Below are positions 1 to 12,620 of a stretch of DNA of 64,000 bases, one piece after another. A program made the position numbers and the translations under genes. Location of the stretch: assembly GCF_006345805.1 (NCBI RefSeq), contig NC_043002.1, positions 35,092,001 to 35,156,000 of the forward strand, given 5' to 3'. Position 1 is the first letter of the stretch. Each line of letters begins with the position of its first letter. Origin of the DNA: Octopus sinensis. Lineage: Eukaryota. Below the pieces are notes generated by a model. The model searched no databases, was not told where the DNA came from, and saw only the letters and a program-made list of their open reading frames with translations.

Positions 1-1849
1 TGCTTCAAATACAGTTTTAGCATATTTTCAGATGTTTTTGAGCATTCCTTGCTCCATTTTATGTTGAAGTCATTCTAATGGATAAAATAACGAAGTTTTA
101 AATCACTGCAAGAGAATGACTTTGAATAGAATTTGCTATAAATCCCATCTTGAATATATTTTCTGAATACATAATTAACATTGAGTTAAATTTTCTTGAA
201 GTTGTTCAAATAACAGATTAAATTTTCTTTTACTATATTTAAGTAGTTATTCACTAAAACAAGCAGTGTCAGCTTGCAACACTTCTATTAAATTGTCAAA
301 CAATGTTTTAGCTTCATGAATGTCAAATGTGGAGTTAGAGTCTATGGATTTCAGTTTATCAGTCATCTGGCTAGATACTTAATAAAACACATGGCTTAAA
401 CAATGTAGCTACAACAAACTGGCAGGAAGTGGAACAAAAGCTTCTATGAAAAATTCTATGTTGCAAAATGAATGCTATGATTTCTAGACATTAATTCAGA
501 TGAACTTATTAATTTTGAAATAATACAGGTAAACTTCAGTGCCAATATTTAATTTGATGTACACAAACACATTAACACAAAAAGAAGGAAATTTATACAG
601 AAATGGAACAAGAAAGGAACACATTTTCATTTATATCATCAACTCATTTAAAAATAATCTACAGAACAATATTTATGTAAAAAGTTACTTCATGGTTGAA
701 TCTAGAAATACTGAATGCTAGGTAGGTAAAATAGCCAATTCTTTCAAAAATTATATCAATTTATTTGAATACATAACAAACTGAAAAATTTAAGATAATC
801 TTTCTTGCTTAAAAATTGAACTCAAAACGGAAAAACTCAATCTAAAACTAAAGCTATCAAATACACAATCATTGTATAAATTATTCTATTTATACTTTAA
901 AAAAAAAAAAAGTCAACATCTCCAAGCTTTTACAGAATTTTATAGATGGCTGTTACACTGTCAAGACAACTCATATATTCCAATTTGGAAGATTTCTACA
1001 GCTGAATATCCTTCCTAATGCCAAGTTTCTACACTCATTTGTTTGACAATACTGATCAGAGAAAGTCATAGTTTTAGCCATTAAATCTCCACAGCCCACA
1101 TCTACTAGTTTCTTACTTCGTGACAGTCAAGCCTAATGATATCCTTCACATCAAATACCCAAGTAGATTGTATAAATCCTGGACTGAGGCTGGGAACATT
1201 CATCACAATCATCATCAATGTCTATCTTTGATAGTGGCATGAGTTGGATGGTTCGACAGTATTTGAGGAGTTAAAGGACTGCATTGTGCTCCAATAACTG
1301 CTTTGGCATGGTTTCTACAGTTGGATACCCTTCCTAACACCGTTATATGTACTGAGAGCTTTTCACTGTACTAGCACTAGTAAAATCATTTTGCAACTTG
1401 CAAGTCTAAAAGGCCTAAGGTGACCCCTGTAACTGAGGGAGAATCAAAGAGAGAGTGTGTGATGATTCTAGACAGAGAGATGAGGGAGAGAAAAGATGAG
1501 AAGTAACAGATTAATAGAAATGAGAGAATGGTAGGGGAGAGAGAAACAAAGTAGACACTAATGAGAGAGAGAATATATCAGGGAACAGGGGTAAGGGAAG
1601 GGATTAATGTCAAAGATTATTGAGAAAGGTAAGGATAGAGTGGAAAGGTGATAAGATGGGTTGATAGCCCATGACTGGAAAACATGAGAAAAGGGGATGA
1701 GGAATATAGAAATAGATAGGAAATGCTAATGATAACAGAATTAATCTTGTACGATTTGTGAGGTGAGAAATTATTATTATTAAACAATATATTCAGACAA
1801 GTATCCTAATCTTGGTTGTTATATTCCAGCCTATTTAGGGTGCTTGTAT

Positions 1850-2450
1850 TAAGTTGTATTCTCAGAATTTAAGACATACAGCATGACAAAAGGGATCATC
1901 CATGGCCTACAACAAGTAAAATTCATAAGTAATAATCCAGGCATATAACGACAAGAGATGATCCAGATTAGAGTAACAACTATCCTACTAGCAGAGCAGC
2001 AACCTCCAAGAGCAGAGATAAAAGTTTAAGAAAGCTAGTCAACAAAACTGCCATGATTTGTCTACCTTACATTAGAAATAGAAAAAAAATTCAGATTTGT
2101 GGCCCATACAACTTCAAGACACTATTCAAAAGCCAGTCTACTCTTTAAAGATATCTTTCCTGAATAAAGCCTACTTCAGAAGAAATTATGACCAACAATT
2201 GAGTGTATGATTTGTGGCAGTACATATAAAAGCAAGGCTGACCATACCATAAAAATAAGTCAAGAGGAGCATTATAAAGCCATATTCCAAGAGGAGTCAG
2301 AAAAACCAGGAATAACTAAATTATTTGAGGAGAGCAAAGGAAAATGACTAACCTTTGTGTAATAAAGTCAAGATAATAAATCAGGCATATCACTGGTAAA
2401 ATAACTGAATGAATCAATACATACACTGGACTTTAATAATGTAATAGTTT
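1850..2450 (+). mobile_element. Degenerate Penelope-like element, C-terminal/GIY-YIG remnant
   Basis: Broken frames read CLPYIRN..KKIQICGPYNFKTLFKSQSTL and CMICGSTYKSKADHTIKISQEEHYKA, resembling the PLE LPY motif and the GIY-YIG CG.xYIGET..R..EH motif. Confidence 0.6.
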
Positions 2451-3559
2451 AGGTGCAAGTTCAATCCCTGGGTTACTTATTCATACATATACATATGTGT
2501 GTTTGTGTATACTCCCACACACACTTGTTGAATTGTAACAAACTAGAAGTATTACAAGAAGCAGAATAACTAATAAACAATCTATCATAGACTTCATAAA
2601 GAATTCAGTTCCAAATTCCAAGAACATTACTGAATACAATAGGCACTCGAGTGCCAGAAGGTACAATGGCTGAAATGATATGACGACAAACAAGATAAAA
2701 ACACTAATTTGAATATTAATGAATAACAAAAAGCTCAAAGAATATATCTATTATTTCCTCCTGAGTAAGAGCTGCTTGGTTCTCCACAATATTATTAATT
2801 TTACTCTAACATATCTTGCTGAATACCCAAGATAATTGATGTTATATCAATCATTTCAGTATGAAACGACCTCATGAAGCCAGGCAGTTCAAAGAACATG
2901 CTTCAAACTCTCTTTATCAAAAGTATTTGTTTGTGGTTGTCAAGCTATATTTAACAGACAGTAGAGCCGTATAAACATCTTTATCAAAAATTAACTTTTA
3001 TTTGGAAAATTTTTGTTCATAACTATTCTATACATTTTGGGAACTATGAGATAAGGGTGGAAATTACCCAAGATAGACAAAAGGATATGTTAAAACCAGA
3101 ACAGGTTTATGTTCCTAACACTAGCTGAATGATAACTAAGTTATTTTACTAAATTCTTTGTTATATTGAAAGTAATTGAAAGAAATACAGAGCATCTCAA
3201 AATAAATACAGTAATGAAAGGGTTAACTAGTGCATAATAATCTCATTTCCTTGAGGTTCACCAGAGGTGGTTAACAACTCAGTACAAAAACATGCAGGGT
3301 CAATACTGCTCCTATTTTGGTATGTGGTTCAGCATTTGTCCAAAGCAGGTGGAAATGAATTTAGGAATTTGTATATTGCTATTAGTTGTATCTTAAATTT
3401 TTAAAATGTAAGATTGGTGTCAGTGTTTCAGTGTATGTCAACAAGTTTGGTGACACAAGTTGCTTTTATTGCAGCATAACTATTTTAGATGGAATAAAGA
3501 GTGACAAATTACACTGTACAAAACCTAGATGCTTTGATTAAATTTTAAAACAACAATTA

Positions 3560-3673
3560 GAAACGCTGCCAGATCTGACTGGCCTGGTGCAGCCTTCGGG
3601 CTTGCCAGACCCCAGTTGAACCGTCCAACCCATGCTAGCATGGAAAGCAGATGTTAAACGATGATGATGATGA
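3560..3673 (+). mobile_element. Short RTE-tail element (3' end of RTE LINE or SINE sharing it)
   Basis: Ends in ccaacccatgctagcatggaaagcagatgttaaacgatgatgatgatga, the tail shared by many copies in the window. Confidence 0.8.
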
Positions 3674-4091
3674 ATTATGTGGAGGGATTTAATAAAAACG
3701 ATTCAACAAAAGGTTCTGATATAAGATTATAATGGAAGGCTTATTTAAACAGGAGGTCGTGTAACAAAGAATCTCAAGTGTCCACTGGTAGATTCGATTC
3801 GAAAGGTTTAACTAAAGTAAACTTGAAATCATTAATCAACTAACTTGAATGTTTAATTACTTGTTTCTAACTAGTGTCCATATATTTCTCTTTACATAAT
3901 AGAGGAAACAAATCTAATATCTGTATTTCCACTCAACACATTTAGTAAACTAAATAAAACAAATCTTTAAAAATAAAAATACATGAAAATGATTGAAAGT
4001 GATATTTTTAAACAATGTCACACCTTCAGAGTTAAAAAGTATGGATTAAACAGCCCAAACTTAGACATAATTACAGACAGTTCATCCAAAG

Positions 4092-4329
4092 CAGTGGTTT
4101 TCAACCATCTTTTACTTGTGGACCCCTTTCATTCCTATTTTACTCTACTGGACCTTCATAGCTATTCAAAGTTTTAAAAAATCCTGTTATATTTTTATAA
4201 TTAAATATTATTAGGAACTGTATTTTTTAAAAAAATTTTAATATTTTGTATATTGTAGAAGTATAACTGATTTATTGCACATAATTTTTAACAAGTAAAT
4301 CTTATATGGACCCCAGTTAAGAACCACTG
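4092..4329. mobile_element. hAT (Charlie-type) MITE
   Basis: Imperfect TIRs cagtggttttcaacc / agttaagaaccactg; 8-bp flanks atccaaag (4084-4091) and atctaaag (4330-4337), one mismatch, consistent with a hAT TSD. Confidence 0.75.
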
Positions 4330-4429
4330 ATCTAAAGACTATGCTATTATTTAAATCATTGATATATTACGAACCCATGCTAGCATGGAAAACGGACGTT
4401 AAACAATGATGATGATTACGATATTTCTC

Positions 4430-5620
4430 TTGTAACTGTTTCCAAGTGAAGCCCATATCATTGGTACCTCTTCCATATCAAAGGATAGATGCCGTAATTG
4501 CTATCATCAGTGAATACCAAGATAGAGAGTATGATGCCACTGAGTGTCTTACCAGCTGCAGATAGGAGTGCTATTTCATATTTCCATAATTAGATTTGTC
4601 TCCCTTTTGGAGAAGTACAGTGATATGGATATTCTTGAAATTCTTAGGTTCAGTTTCTTCTATTTATAATATATTAATTAGAGATGTTAAAGCTTTAGTG
4701 AATTCAAGATTACTACTTTTGATCAGTTTGGTTAAGAAGTTGTCTTCACTTACTGCATGGTTGTTTCTGAATAGGTGATAGATACTAATGACTTTAATTG
4801 CCACATTTTTATAAATAGGTTCCTGTTCTATCTGGTCAATGATTGTTGTTAGCATAGGTCTTTTTGCAAGAAATTTTCAGAAATATTCTGTCCATCATTT
4901 CTCTATCTCTGTGGTGCTCTAAATTCAATTGCCAATTCTTATCCTTGACAGGAGTTGTTTACATTTGACCTTAGACTGTATACATTTTGCAACAACTATA
5001 TAAGAGTTTAAGTGGCCATACTTATCAGTAACATTTGCAACACATTGGATTTGGTTCTGGCTTTCTCCATTTTCATGCTAGCCTTCAAACTTAAGATTTT
5101 CATTGTAGGTATTTAGTCCTTAGATAAAGGAGTAATTCTCAAGTATTGATCCAGAAATTAAATACTGCATTGTTTTGAGAGAAGAACAGGCAAATCACTT
5201 TGTTGTTTTAATCAAACAAATCTCGATTTTGGATTTATATCCCATTTCATTGGAAATGGCATACTTGATTCAGTCAGTCACAAGTTGTTGAAATGTGTGT
5301 TACCACATATTTCACATGTCAAAAGCTTTCTTGTTGCTATCAGTGACCTGTCTTGTCTTTGTACAAATCATGATGTGATCTGTGACGTTCGGCCCTTCCC
5401 CATCACAGTACAAGACAACAACATTTTTGGTGTCTTCTTGACAGGTGACAAAATCGATTTGACCACAGGTTTCCACCAGGTAACCAACCATAAATCAAGC
5501 TGTCTGATGACACTATCTGTGATAGTGAGTTGACGTTTGATGTATAGTCACAACAGTAGCAACTCCTTATTGCTGCCATTTTACAGATCATTTCTGTGAA
5601 TAATTTTGGGTCATGTGCCT
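4430..5620 (-). mobile_element. Degenerate RTE-clade LINE (endonuclease to RT start)
   Basis: Minus-strand broken frames: NGSNKELLL..RQLTITDSV..VTWWKP (APE endonuclease-like) and KGDKSNYGN..EIALLSAAGKTLSGIIL (RT N-terminal motif). Confidence 0.6.
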
Positions 5621-6249
5621 GAGTTTGAGCTATTTTGACACTGAAGTCATCAATCTTTCATGTACTGGGGAGGGGGGGGGTATGGTAGTAATAACATTGA
5701 TATAAAAGTGTCATGCCAACATCTAAGCTATTTTCATCAATCTGAAAAAAACACATTCAGCACTATGTGGGCTGTTACGCCGAAGATGAGTGCATTTGCA
5801 AAGGCTAGTTAGGCAAAATGCACTATTACACAATGGTACATGAGTTCCAACCTACAGTATAAGAAGAGCATCTGTCATTTCTAAACAATGGAGTGATGCA
5901 AGGAATCGTCAAAGCACCCACTTTTTCATACTATACTTGAAGCTTTTAAGCACAACCAAGAAGACAACACTTTTATATGCCACAAGAACAGTAAGTTATT
6001 TAATATCAAATAACAGGAAACTAAAAACAAAAATGACCAGAGTGCACAAATTACTGTACCCTGACATTGTCATTCGTCAAAGAACAACAGGTACACCTTC
6101 TTCTCAACCAACGACCACAAAAAATAGATTACATATTATGTATTTTTCACACTATGTACAATAATTATGGATTAAACTTTTGTGTTTTATATTTTTATAA
6201 CCCATCTGAATGAAAATAGTGTTGAAAAATATACATCCAACATATGACC

Positions 6250-7120
6250 AGTCAGCTGGAATGGAACTCAGTCACAAGCTGAGGTGTACTTGCTAATGAA
6301 TTTAACAGAGTGACAATCAGCTGTAGCCTTTCAATTAACACCAATAAGATACAAGTTTATGGAACATCTCTTACTAGCCTGTTACCACACCAACCATTAT
6401 TGTTAGGGATATCAGCTAAAATCCACTGAACATTACCAATACTAAGGAAGTTACATCTCAATATACAAATAAAGAATGAATTGCAAATAACCAATTCAAA
6501 CTTACAGTTTGCGATGAAAGCACATCTTTAACAATAAAGATCTCTTTATCAACAACAAATTGGACATATACAAAAGAGTGGTGATGTCTGCTCTCATGCA
6601 TTGCTATAAAACCTGGATTCTATTCAGTAGACACAAAACACAACTTCAACTTTTTCACCATTAAAGACTGAAGCACATATTAAGGAGCTAGTGACAGGAC
6701 AGATTGAACAACAAACAGGCCCCTCCTGCATTTAAAGAGTGCTAAGAGTGCATACATGGCAACCAAAATACATATGAGATAGGTGGGACACTGAACACAT
6801 ACCCAACACCTAACTCTCTGAGAAGTCTTTCATTGAGTTGCAAGCAGAAGCCCAATAACAGGGAGGTCAAAAAACATAATAGAAGTCAGTTAAGGCATAT
6901 ACTGAAACAATGCAAGATACCTCCTTCAGACCCCATGAGAACTGACACATGACCACATTGACAGATGCTCTACTTTAGCCAAAGGTGCAAAACTATATAA
7001 ACACAGCAACAGAAACAAAACTGGTCATCACAGCCAAAAGCTATCAAGACCATGTTCTTGTCCCCACTTGTACAACAGCATAAGGATCCTAAATTGGTTT
7101 GCATACATACATATAAACTC
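6250..7120 (+). mobile_element. Degenerate RTE-clade LINE 3' region
   Basis: Broken frames ELQAEAQ*QGGQK, SQLRHILKQCKIP and IGLHT resemble the RTE ORF C-terminus. Confidence 0.5.
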
Positions 7121-8444
7121 ATTCCCAAATGACAACATTGAGAGGACCATCGTCAACAAAAACAGATAGTTAAGAAGATGCATTAACAATTAGACAAATT
7201 TTTATATATATGTACTTTTGTTTTTAACCATATAAAATATCACACAATTACTGTTTAAATAAAAACCTGTGCAATAAGAAACCATACAAAATTTTAAAAT
7301 AAGAGAAACCATGATTGTGGTTCATACATTAGTTGGTCACACTAAAAATTACTCAGTTTAAAATAAAGTATGTCCATATGATCTGAGCTTGTATGCAGTT
7401 TGTTGACATGCTAGAAATAGCTGCCAAATTACGTCCTTCCTCCCAAAAAAAAAGGGGGGGATAACATTATATAATCTTAGACATACTACAATGTTTGAAT
7501 AAAAGACCTGAGATCTGTTGACTCAGGGCTGAGTTAGAGTTAAAAAAAACATCTTTAATACTCATCAAATAAACACAGATGGGAGATAAGAACAAATTAT
7601 TTTATATCTTAATTTAAAGATTATATAGTGCTGCAAGTCTGCAACCAATTTCAATTCCTAATGCCACTGCCCTAACAAATATGTAGGGATTTTGTGCAAT
7701 TATTATAAATGTAATTTGAAATCCTAATTATTACATATCTCGATGATACTTCACAACATCCAATATTCCCGCTTCTAAAATAATCAGGTGCCTATATGAG
7801 AAACAATTAACAATCAACAAAGATCATAAGTCCTGATACATTGTCTGAAAATGATATGATGGTAATTGTAGGAACGCTTTAATTTGTTAGCCCAATTAGG
7901 GTTTAACGGGTGCTAAACAACACCACACAAATTCAGATCTTAACTGCTTCCCCCGCCCGTTATCAACCAATGTTTTTAATTTTTTTTATATAGATATTAG
8001 AATCTAATTTCAATTTTATTTTCTCTCTCACCGAAAAAAAACACATTCCTCTTCTTCCTACACATACCAATTCATCTAAACTCACGAACTCCATCTGGCC
8101 GACACATACCACTTTCCTTAGCCTTTCCGTATTGTCAAAAATTAATCATTTTAGATTTTGCTACCCAAAACCTAACGCCAATTAAAGGAAATCAGAGAGG
8201 CAATTCCAAGGACACCAAAGATCCACTGTTCAATAACGTGACGAGTAATATACAAACTACGTATTCGTAAAGCCCTTAAAAGTTTTTATTATTATTATTA
8301 TATTTTGAAAAGATTTTAAAATTTTATTGCCAACATTAACTGATTGTCAAGGTATTTTAAAAACAATGCCGATATTATACATTTGTATAAATCAACAATT
8401 AATTTTATACAAATTTATAGTAAATTTACCATAACTCTCTCTAA

Positions 8445-8446
<2 letters not shown>

Positions 8447-8504
<58 letters not shown>
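8447..8504. repeat. (TA)n(CA)n microsatellite
   Basis: Seen directly. Confidence 0.95.
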
Positions 8505-10306
8505 TTTATGCTTCTACGGGGTGGAGAATAGCGCATGAATTGAAACGTGAATACACGCAATTTGAAATTTCAACAGAAAGCATTTGAGGAAATGTATCTA
8601 ATGGAAAGAGTATACCGCAAAATAGGTCACACGGATATATGATAGTGATGATAGGGATGGAAGATAAATAATGGAAAAATTTAATGAAAACAAGTGAATT
8701 TGTAGCCCTTATTCTAGCTGTACAGCGCTTTGCGATGATGATTCACACCTCTCACTCGCAAGGTCTTTTTTTTTTTTTTTATTCCGCTTAAAATTATAAA
8801 AATAGTTTTATACTATCAATTTCTACACGAATTAACAAATTATTGCCCGCAATTGAGCAAAGCAAATCCTAAGAGCAAGTATTCAGCGATGCGACAGCAG
8901 TAATATTAAAGGTACACATGAGAAAAAGTTGGTGTATGCGGGAAACATGTCTGCCAAGTCGATCGGCGGAAGTGAAGCTTTGTCGTTGGTTCACGGTAGC
9001 TGCTGCTCCGCAGGATAACTATATTTAACGGTAACGAAATTAACTAATATAGGGAAATAATGAAATATATAGGGAGAGCAGAGATAGAGTATGTGGCTAC
9101 AGTAAATAGGGGAACAAAGATGAGTATATATACATAATGAACAGTTTTTATCAGCTTCAATTTGCTCTATTAAGGGAGGAAGGGAGAGGGGTTTTTTTTT
9201 CCGTTTTTTGTTTCATTCAAGATATAAGACTTACAAAGCTATAGGTAAATGAATGCCAACCAAATTTCTTAACTGCATAATAATATATTACTAAAAGAAC
9301 TATGACTGAAAAGAAATATATTTCTGGGAGTTAACTTGACAAAAGCGCGACAAGAAGATCCACATCGTCTGAAGCAAGGGGACAGGTTCTGATTAATTTT
9401 ACCCGATTTTCCGGTATTTAACCAGCAAATTAGATCAATGCTAGTACGTGGTAACTTATTAAACAGAGTAATTGTAATTATGTAAAAATAATAATAATAA
9501 TAACGTTAAAAATAAAGTATGTGTCACGATGATGAGAGAAAAGAAAGGGGGGAGGAGGAGGAGTGTCGCTAGCCTACAGATACTAAAGTGAGGTTATCTG
9601 TGCTGGCTCTGCTTCTAAATGCAAATCAGTTGCAACTTCTCACATTTCACTTTCTTGCCAACATTTCAGTCGTAACTTCAATTTCGTCTTAGCTCTTCAC
9701 TCATCAACTTTTATACACAATCATAGATCAAAAGCGAATATGTTAATAAAACTGAATTATAAAATCAACAGTTTCATCGCCATTATCTGTGCAGTATGTT
9801 AGTGGCCAATAAATCGTAATGCACACATTAGAACGAAGTTTCAATATGCACATTACAACAGAAATATTTGACAATCAAACTTTAAAACATCTTAATCTGT
9901 TTTTATTAGGAAATTGAGGATATATATAAATATACACACTAACACTGATTAATATATCATTATTTTAAATTTTAAAAACAAGCAATAACAGTAAATGTTA
10001 TACATATATTCAATAAATCGAAAATCGATTTTAAAATATGCAACTATGATTGTCAACTTTCATTTACATTTTGATGTAGGAACATTTCTCCATTTCAATC
10101 TGTATGTTTTATGTGATTACTGACGACAATAATGAAATAATGTACATAATATCTAAAAGTAAACAGCAATGTAATTAAATGGGAAAATATGTTATCAAAC
10201 AAAGAGAGGGAGAAAACGACGTCACGCCGGGTAGCGGAAAGGCAAATAGAAACATCATTTAAATACATCAAAGGATCACAGTCCAGAGGTGAAATGAAAT
10301 GCTTAC

Positions 10307-10420
10307 CTTCTTACAGTTCTTGTGTAACCATGTTCGAACAGAATCAAACATAGCAATAGTTTCAACAGACTCAAAAAACTTCACATTAGGCCCACCGTCT
10401 TTCTTCCGCTGGAGCGCCAT
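10307..10420 (-). CDS. SMARCC2: First coding exon of SWI/SNF subunit SMARCC (BAF170/BAF155/moira family)
   Basis: ATG at 10420 (gaagATGGCG) gives [38 protein letters not shown] (38 aa), matching the recalled SMARCC2 N-terminus ([20 protein letters not shown]); phase-0 donor AG|gtaagc at 10306. No exon 2 recognised in 1-10306. Invertebrates usually have one SMARCC1/2 orthologue, so the paralogue number is nominal. Confidence 0.93.
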
Positions 10421-11369
10421 CTTCTCTTCTCTACAGCGGACTGTTGAAGATGGCACTAGTTTTTCCAGCCGCCCATACGTATCTACATACATATGACTCA
10501 TTTCTGCTGTCACTTGTATATTAGTTGCTGTTAGACCAACACAACAACTAAATCATTTTCTTTAGCATATAGAATTTCTTCATTTTTCTGCTACTATCCA
10601 CTGGTGTATAAAACAGTACAATTCCTAGTCGTTCACTCGGCAGTATACGTATATATTCTTCCTGTTATCAATGTCTAAGTCTGTGTAATTATAATTATAG
10701 TATTAATTACACTAATAATCATTCATATTATTTATGAATCTTTCTGTATACTCGATATTTCCATTGCTATATTATCCGATCGTTTTCACGAACCATATTT
10801 CTTCATATATACATCAAAATGTTGAGTTCAATCGTAGGTGAAAAAAATGTCTTTGTCTTGGATTTCCACACTTCTATCCACCACCCCACAGTCTGGTATG
10901 GACAAAAGGAGTTAGTTTATTAAATTCATCTGAATAGGTTGAAGCACAATTTTGTTAAGTACAATCGGCTGAATCATTTAAATTAGTCTTTTTCACGGAT
11001 TTCACAAGAATGGTGTATGTATATATATATATAAATATATATATATTGTTGGTTTTTCCACTCGACACAATGCTCTATATTGTGGGGGGAAAGGACGGTG
11101 GGTTGTTGTGATGTTCGCGCTTTCTTCAAAAGGTATTAGCAGTGTAAATAAAATAAAATCGGTTTCATCGGGGAATCGAAACTTACCTCTTACTTTTCGG
11201 TGCTACTGTTAATGATATTGATTACTTCTTTCTATGCCATAAGACCACAAACGTATAAGTATGGTCGATCGAATAAACCCCAATATATAATTCGTGTTTG
11301 TTCTATCAACGCTGGAGGGTTAAAGGCAAAATCGACTGCGCGACATGTGAACTAGCGCCCACATTTCTA

Positions 11370-11830
11370 CCGCTGCCTTTCTGATGTAACAAATGGTGTG
11401 ACGACTGTGTTCTATAGCGTTGTCTTAGGTTAACATGACATGCTGTTTTCCTCTTCGGCCAATCCCTCATCAACTTCTTCAAGTTCCAGTGGGAGAGGAA
11501 GGTGGAGAGGGAGGTGCTGGCTTCCAGTAAATTTACCGAAAGATGGGTGAGAGCGGCGAGAACGACCCTGGTGAATGGGATGAATACCAGTATTCGCCTG
11601 AATAGTAGATAACACAACTTTGGTAGTGAGAGCAGTTATGGACCTACAGAGTTCCTTTAAAAGCCCTAGCTGGTTATGGGGCTTCACACTTCTCTTTATA
11701 TGCTTTGTTTTCCATGCCTTTTTTTTACATGAACGTAACCCTCCACTGTTGTTGTTAGCCCTTATAATATTCCTTCATCAGTTATCCCGACAGCTAATAA
11801 ACAAAATTATTATAAAATATTATTATTATT
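11370..11830 (+). mobile_element. Degenerate L1/Tx1-type LINE ORF2 C-terminus plus 3' UTR
   Basis: Frame HAVFLFGQSLINFFKFQWERKVEREVLASSKFTERWVRAARTTLVNG, stop at 11610-11612, resembles L1/Tx1 ORF2 ends; followed by a T-rich tail region. Confidence 0.55.
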
Positions 11831-12379
11831 TTTTATTGTTATTATTTTTATTATTTATTTTTATTCTCTGTTTTTATTTATTTATTTTTATTATTAGATC
11901 ACCTATTTATTTTTATTATTGCTATTCGATGCTAGTCTTGTATTGAGTCGATTGAACCAATCTCCTCTCCCTAAATTTCTGTTTTCGAGTCTGTGAGAAA
12001 CATCGTTATTACATTAAGAGTTGTGGATTGGAAGAATTGTTTAAGTATTAGACAATAATGCCTTTTATTATTAGTTTTTGATTCTTTACATTCAGAATTC
12101 AAAATTCCAAGGTCCACTTTGCCTATTGTCCCTTCGGTATCGATAAAATAAGCACATATATAGTACTGGTGGTGTTGTACTCGACTAACCCTCCCTTAAA
12201 ATTGCTGACCTTATACCTAAATTCAAAAACAATTATTATTTTTATTGTCTTCTGTACTGCACCACTATGTGCAGATCTGTGTGCTTTGGATATGTGCAGT
12301 ATTTTGTTTTGTTTATATATTTTATATTGACTGTGTGCTGTTCCTAGCAAATGTTTTCAGTTGTACATATTTGTAAGTG

Positions 12380-12620
12380 CTGGAGTTTTGGTTAGGTGGA
12401 GTATTCTTCCCAAAGCACCTATTATTATAAAGATTGTTTCTGTTTTCAATTTTTACATTATGGTTATCTCCACATCCAGATCTTTATATTTGCCTAATTT
12501 CTCCATTTCTTTGTAGTATCGATTCTTCATCCTTTCCTCGATAACAGTATCTGCTTCATTACCTTCATCTCCATGTCTGTATCATTTATCTTATCCCAGA
12601 GTCTAGTTACTTTTTTTCAT
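12380..12620 (-). mobile_element. RLE-type LINE C-terminal remnant
   Basis: Minus frame MEKLGKYKDLDVEITIM*KLKTETIFIIIGALGRI matches the K..KY..L..IGALG restriction-like endonuclease tail. Confidence 0.65.

Noticed and set aside
5504-5530. CUGAUGA followed by a perfect hairpin (cactatc-tgt-gatagtg), hammerhead-like
   Set aside because: No GAAA after the stem, no helix III or NUH site, and it lies within an RTE endonuclease relic.
9585-9622. Minus frame LEAEPAQITSL as SMARCC exon 2 (cf. IQAEPPTNKSL)
   Set aside because: In-frame stop follows at once, and the nearby AG gives the wrong phase after a phase-0 exon.
10120-10145. CUGACGA..GAAA spacing
   Set aside because: The intervening bases cannot form helix II.
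11235-11725. Possible Pol III ncRNA (7SK, RNase MRP or telomerase RNA) with PSE-like and TATA-like elements
   Set aside because: No GAUC motifs, MRP/P conserved regions or telomere template; the segment is better explained as a LINE ORF2 C-terminus.
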